Shown: one piece after another, positions 60,457 through 64,000 of the stretch | Position numbering within the stretch: position 1 is the stretch's first letter | Layout of the letters: each line of letters begins with the position of its first letter | Assembly: GCA_010093605.1 (NCBI GenBank) | Contig: MU004189.1 | Span: 1,371,834-1,435,833, forward strand | DNA from: Lophium mytilinum | Lineage: Eukaryota | Direction of reading: 5' to 3' | DNA length: 64,000 nt | Translations under genes and position numbers: made by a program | The notes under the pieces: generated by a model | What the model saw: only the letters and a program-made list of their open reading frames with translations | Told to the model about the DNA's origin: nothing | Databases searched by the model: none

Positions 60457-63340
60457 ATGGCGGATGGCTCGTACATGCACGACGCTGATGCGCTGGCCCA
60501 GCCGCCCGCGAAGAGGGCGCGTTTCGATGGCCCAAGCCGTGAGCCCTTTGAGCGGCCCGTCACTCCTGTCGACGACACAGACGACGAAGATCTGTATGGC
60601 GAAACGCCAGTCAAGCCCTCTTCGCCGCTCAGATCCCTTGATGAGGATCCAACGTCTGCCACCAGCCTGCCCTCTTCAGAGCCCTTGACCTCTGCTACAA
60701 AGCTTGCGCTGCCAGGACTCGGCCTGCTGTCTTCTGCCGTCCAGCAGGACCCAGGCGTGCCCGAGCTGCCGCAAGCCAACGGCACCACGCAGGAGACACC
60801 TCCTGATGATCAGCAGCATGGCGACTACATGACGGGCCTGTTGCAAGAGTTGGACTCGGATTCACCGCAGACTGCCCCCATCCCGCCATCTGTGAGCCAC
60901 GCAGCTGGTACATCGCCGAAGCCCAGTCCTCCCAAGACCGATCCCAAATCCCCAGAATCTGGCGAACTGCCCTCTTCTGCAGACAACACTGCCCAGTCCA
61001 CCACCCTATCACCGCAAGCAGGCCACGTTGCCTCATCACAAAAAGACACACAGGGGATCACAAATGAGGGCGAGTTTCGTCAGGCTGCGGAAGCCAACAA
61101 AGACGATGAGAATGCCGAATGGCAGCTCGACTCCTCCGCCGATGACTCCTCATCCGACTCGTCCAGCGATGACTCGTCAGACAGCAGCTCAGACGAGGAG
61201 GGTGAAGTTGAGGACACAACCCTAGATCCTGAGGAGCAAGCTCGTATCCTCATGGAGAATGATGTTGACGAGGAACCTGCGACTGCTGAAGTCTTGCGAA
61301 CCAAGAATGAAGCTGAAGAGCAGTACAAGAAACCAGATATCGCAATCACGGAGAGCATGAAGATCACCGAGCTTGGAAATGTCGAAAACGTCGTCGACAA
61401 TCTCATCGTCATCAAGGCAAACATCAGTGGTGAATACCAAGTCCTGGAATCAGGGTCGCTCCTCTGCTTAGGAGATAGAAGCGTCGTTGGCGTTGTTGCC
61501 GACACAATGGGAAGAGTTCACGCGCCTTTATACTCCGTGGGATTTCCTGACCCTGCAGATATCGCTACCTTGGGCGTTGCCAAGGGCACCACGATATTCT
61601 ACGTGGACGATCACTCGACCTTTGTTTTCACGAAACCGCTCAAGGCAATCAAGGGCACCGATGCATCCAACGTTCACGACGAAGAGACAAACGATGTCGA
61701 GTTCTCCGATGACGAAGCTGAGGCGGAGTACAAACGCGGCCTGAAGAGGGCAAAGCAAGCTAGAGCAGACTCTCGGCGTGACGCTGAGCCTGAACAAGGC
61801 CGACCCGTGAGGAGAGACTCGCCTCCAGCTAATCCTATAGCGGTTCAACAACACCAGGGCGGTGGTTTGAACTATAGTGATGAAGAGGAAGACATGGGCA
61901 TGTACAAACCGCTGACCAGACCAGACCACTTCGAGGACATCGTTGGTGCAGGCGCTCCTATCGAGGATCGGAGCCATGTTCGTCGAAATGGTCCTGGGCG
62001 AATGAACAGGGGTATGTATGGTCCCGGTACATCTACCGGAGTCCTCTGGTGTCAGTTTTTCTTCGGTGCCACTGGGGGGGTGCTCAACACAACCCGAATC
62101 GCAATCCAACACCTACCTCGGCCGTGTCGAGAACCCTCTTTGACTCGGCCTGGGATAAGTATCGAGCTGTTCTTTGAACGGATCGATCTGGTGTCTTGGC
62201 TACGATCTAACTGGCACTCGAAATAAACTGACACTAGGGGATCTCTTATCTGACCTGGACTTCTCTATTCGTAAATCCTAGTATGTGTACTGACAACTTG
62301 CAGGCCGAGGCGATCGTGGACATGGAGGCCATGGGAGAGGAGGTCGCGGAGACCATCGTAGTCCAGGTAGAGGCAGAGATCGACAACGAAATAGGGGAGG
62401 CGGAGGTGGAGGTGGAGGTGGAGGGGGAGGACAGCGACAACAGCCACCCCAGCAACCGCAGCGTCAACAGCCGCCGCATGCGCCGCAGAATCAACAGAAT
62501 CGGCCGCAAGCACAACAGAATCAGCAGGGTCGCCAGCAACAGCAGCAGAATCAACAGGGCCGTCAGCAACAGCCGCAGAATCAACGCCAGCAACAACAAC
62601 AGCCACAGGGCCGTAACCGACCTGGCGACAATTTCGGTGGTGGAAACAGGAGCGGACCATCTCGTTCGCCAGCTGAGAAGCATCGACGACCGAACCGGCG
62701 AGAGAGAAACCGTACTTCTGGCTCTCCCCTACAGCAACGAAACCCTCCTCCCAACGCGAGACAGAGGTCACCACCGCGCGGACCCAGATCGGCGACGGCA
62801 GCATCTCCTGGATCCTCTCAGCCGTACTCTGCGCCTCCCACCAACTCATACTCTACGACAGCCTACACTAACCCGCAGGCATTCGCTTGGAACCAGAACA
62901 GCCTGCCTGTCTCTGGTGCGCAGACTATGCAGCATGCTCAGTACCCTCAATTCTCTCAGGGCCCTGCTAATCCGAGCCCATCAATCCCAGTGGGTGCTTT
63001 TGTGAATCCCCATTTCCAACCACAGCAACCCCAAGCCCCCGCCCCAGCTCCGGCGTATTCTTTCCAGAATCCATGGCAAGTGCCTCAGCAGCAAGCACCA
63101 CAGCAGCAGGCAGCTCCGGCGCCCAATTGGGCAGCGTTGGCTCAGCTTTTCCAAGCAGCGCAGCAAAACCAAATGCCGAGCCAGCCTCAGCAGAGTCACA
63201 CGCCTACTCAGGACCCGCGTACAAGTTACGCTCCACCGGCGGTTGATGCACAGCCGCAGCAAGACTCGCAGGCAGCTTTTAGGGCAGCACAGCAGCAGCT
63301 CGAGCTCCTCCGCGCGCTGAACAGGGGCCAGGGGCCGTAG
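60457..63340 (+). CDS. NAF1: H/ACA snoRNP assembly factor Naf1 (Gar1/Naf1 domain) with RGG and Q/P-rich tail; exons 60457-62011 and 62304-63340
   Basis: S/D tract, LRTKNE, VLESGSLLC, DTMGRVHAPLYSV and KGTDASNVHDEE..EFSDDEAEAEYKR. Splicing 62012-62303 restores the frame into RGRGDRG..GGRG and through to the stop at 63340. Confidence 0.9.
62024..62242 (+). ncRNA. Candidate structured RNA element inside the NAF1 intron
   Basis: 18-bp closing helix (62041-62058 with 62225-62242, three G-U pairs), nested helices and three internal hairpins; identity unknown. Confidence 0.55.
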
Positions 63341-64000
63341 TGTCCTCTTTATGGGGTGTCGTACTTCCTATATATATTTATCCGTGTATCAGCTATGTGT
63401 GGGAAGGAGGATCACATGGAGTCGTCAGGTTTTCTGGTGCATCTCCAGGGAGCAAGTGCTCTGCAAGGTCCTGTCAAAGTAATTTCGTAGTGACTGCACT
63501 ATACGGGTGCTGAAGGAGAGGGAGTTGTAAACAATAGGCGAATGTGTTTGCTATAAGTGCTTGGAGTAGCTCAATAGGACTGCGAATATCTGAGTGAGCG
63601 TAGGGTCGTCGTAGCCAGCCTACACGAGGTGTATAAATTTGAAAGCCCCGCGAGTCACATCAAAGGCCTCAGGACATGTCGCATGTCTATATAGAGCTGG
63701 GAGACTGTATCAAAACACTTCGACTGGGCAGTATATATAGCTCTGGTGCCGTATCACAGTAGTGACGGATCTCGTGGTAGCATCCGAAAGGCAACGTGCA
63801 ACGACCGGATAGTGCCCGCCAGGCCCATCCCAGGAGGCTTGTGTAACCGCGATGAGGGGCGCGGTCAATACGCCATCGCCTGTGGCGTGCACGAACAGGC
63901 CGTCATGAGGCTTGACCAGGCCGTCTCGAGGTCCCCGTGCTCTGCGATGGTTCGGAGTGTGGCCCGAAACACAGCGCTGCGATGCCAGATGCCGCAGAGC

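Noticed and set aside
62283..63005. 240-aa ORF with EVEVEV and SRRIN repeats
   Set aside because: Alternative frame of NAF1 exon 2.
63710..64000. Minus-strand open frames running off the window edge
   Set aside because: All three frames are open for some distance and none is recognisable; it may be a gene 3' end.
1..64000. CRISPR arrays, rRNA, tRNA and autonomous transposase or reverse-transcriptase genes
   Set aside because: None recognised by eye; tRNAscan-SE and a repeat-library search would be needed to exclude them formally.

Overview
Intron-containing genomic DNA of a filamentous ascomycete (Pezizomycotina; inferred from short GT-AG introns with CTRAC-type branch sites and the gene families present). 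Core genes: a Kid/KIF22-type kinesin, RNA polymerase I largest subunit (RPA1), a GH81 glucanase, an RTA1-like protein, an Lte1-like RasGEF, a DUF3445 protein, ALG9 and NAF1. Accessory blocks: an M6 metalloprotease with a ricin-B domain, a head-to-head subgroup C GH18 chitinase / multi-LysM pair, two pairs of duplicated unknown genes, a NACHT-ankyrin NLR, a decayed HeLo-like gene, a frameshifted TIM-barrel dehydratase and two related MITE-like elements. The most striking unexplained signals are (1) a 292-nt NAF1 intron that can fold into a large multibranch RNA structure with strand-specific G-U pairs, (2) a possible Kex2-released C-terminal toxin-like domain on the chitinase and (3) a head-to-head pair of highly diverged paralogous membrane proteins. 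All family calls come from motif recognition by eye, not database searches; exon boundaries are manual predictions.
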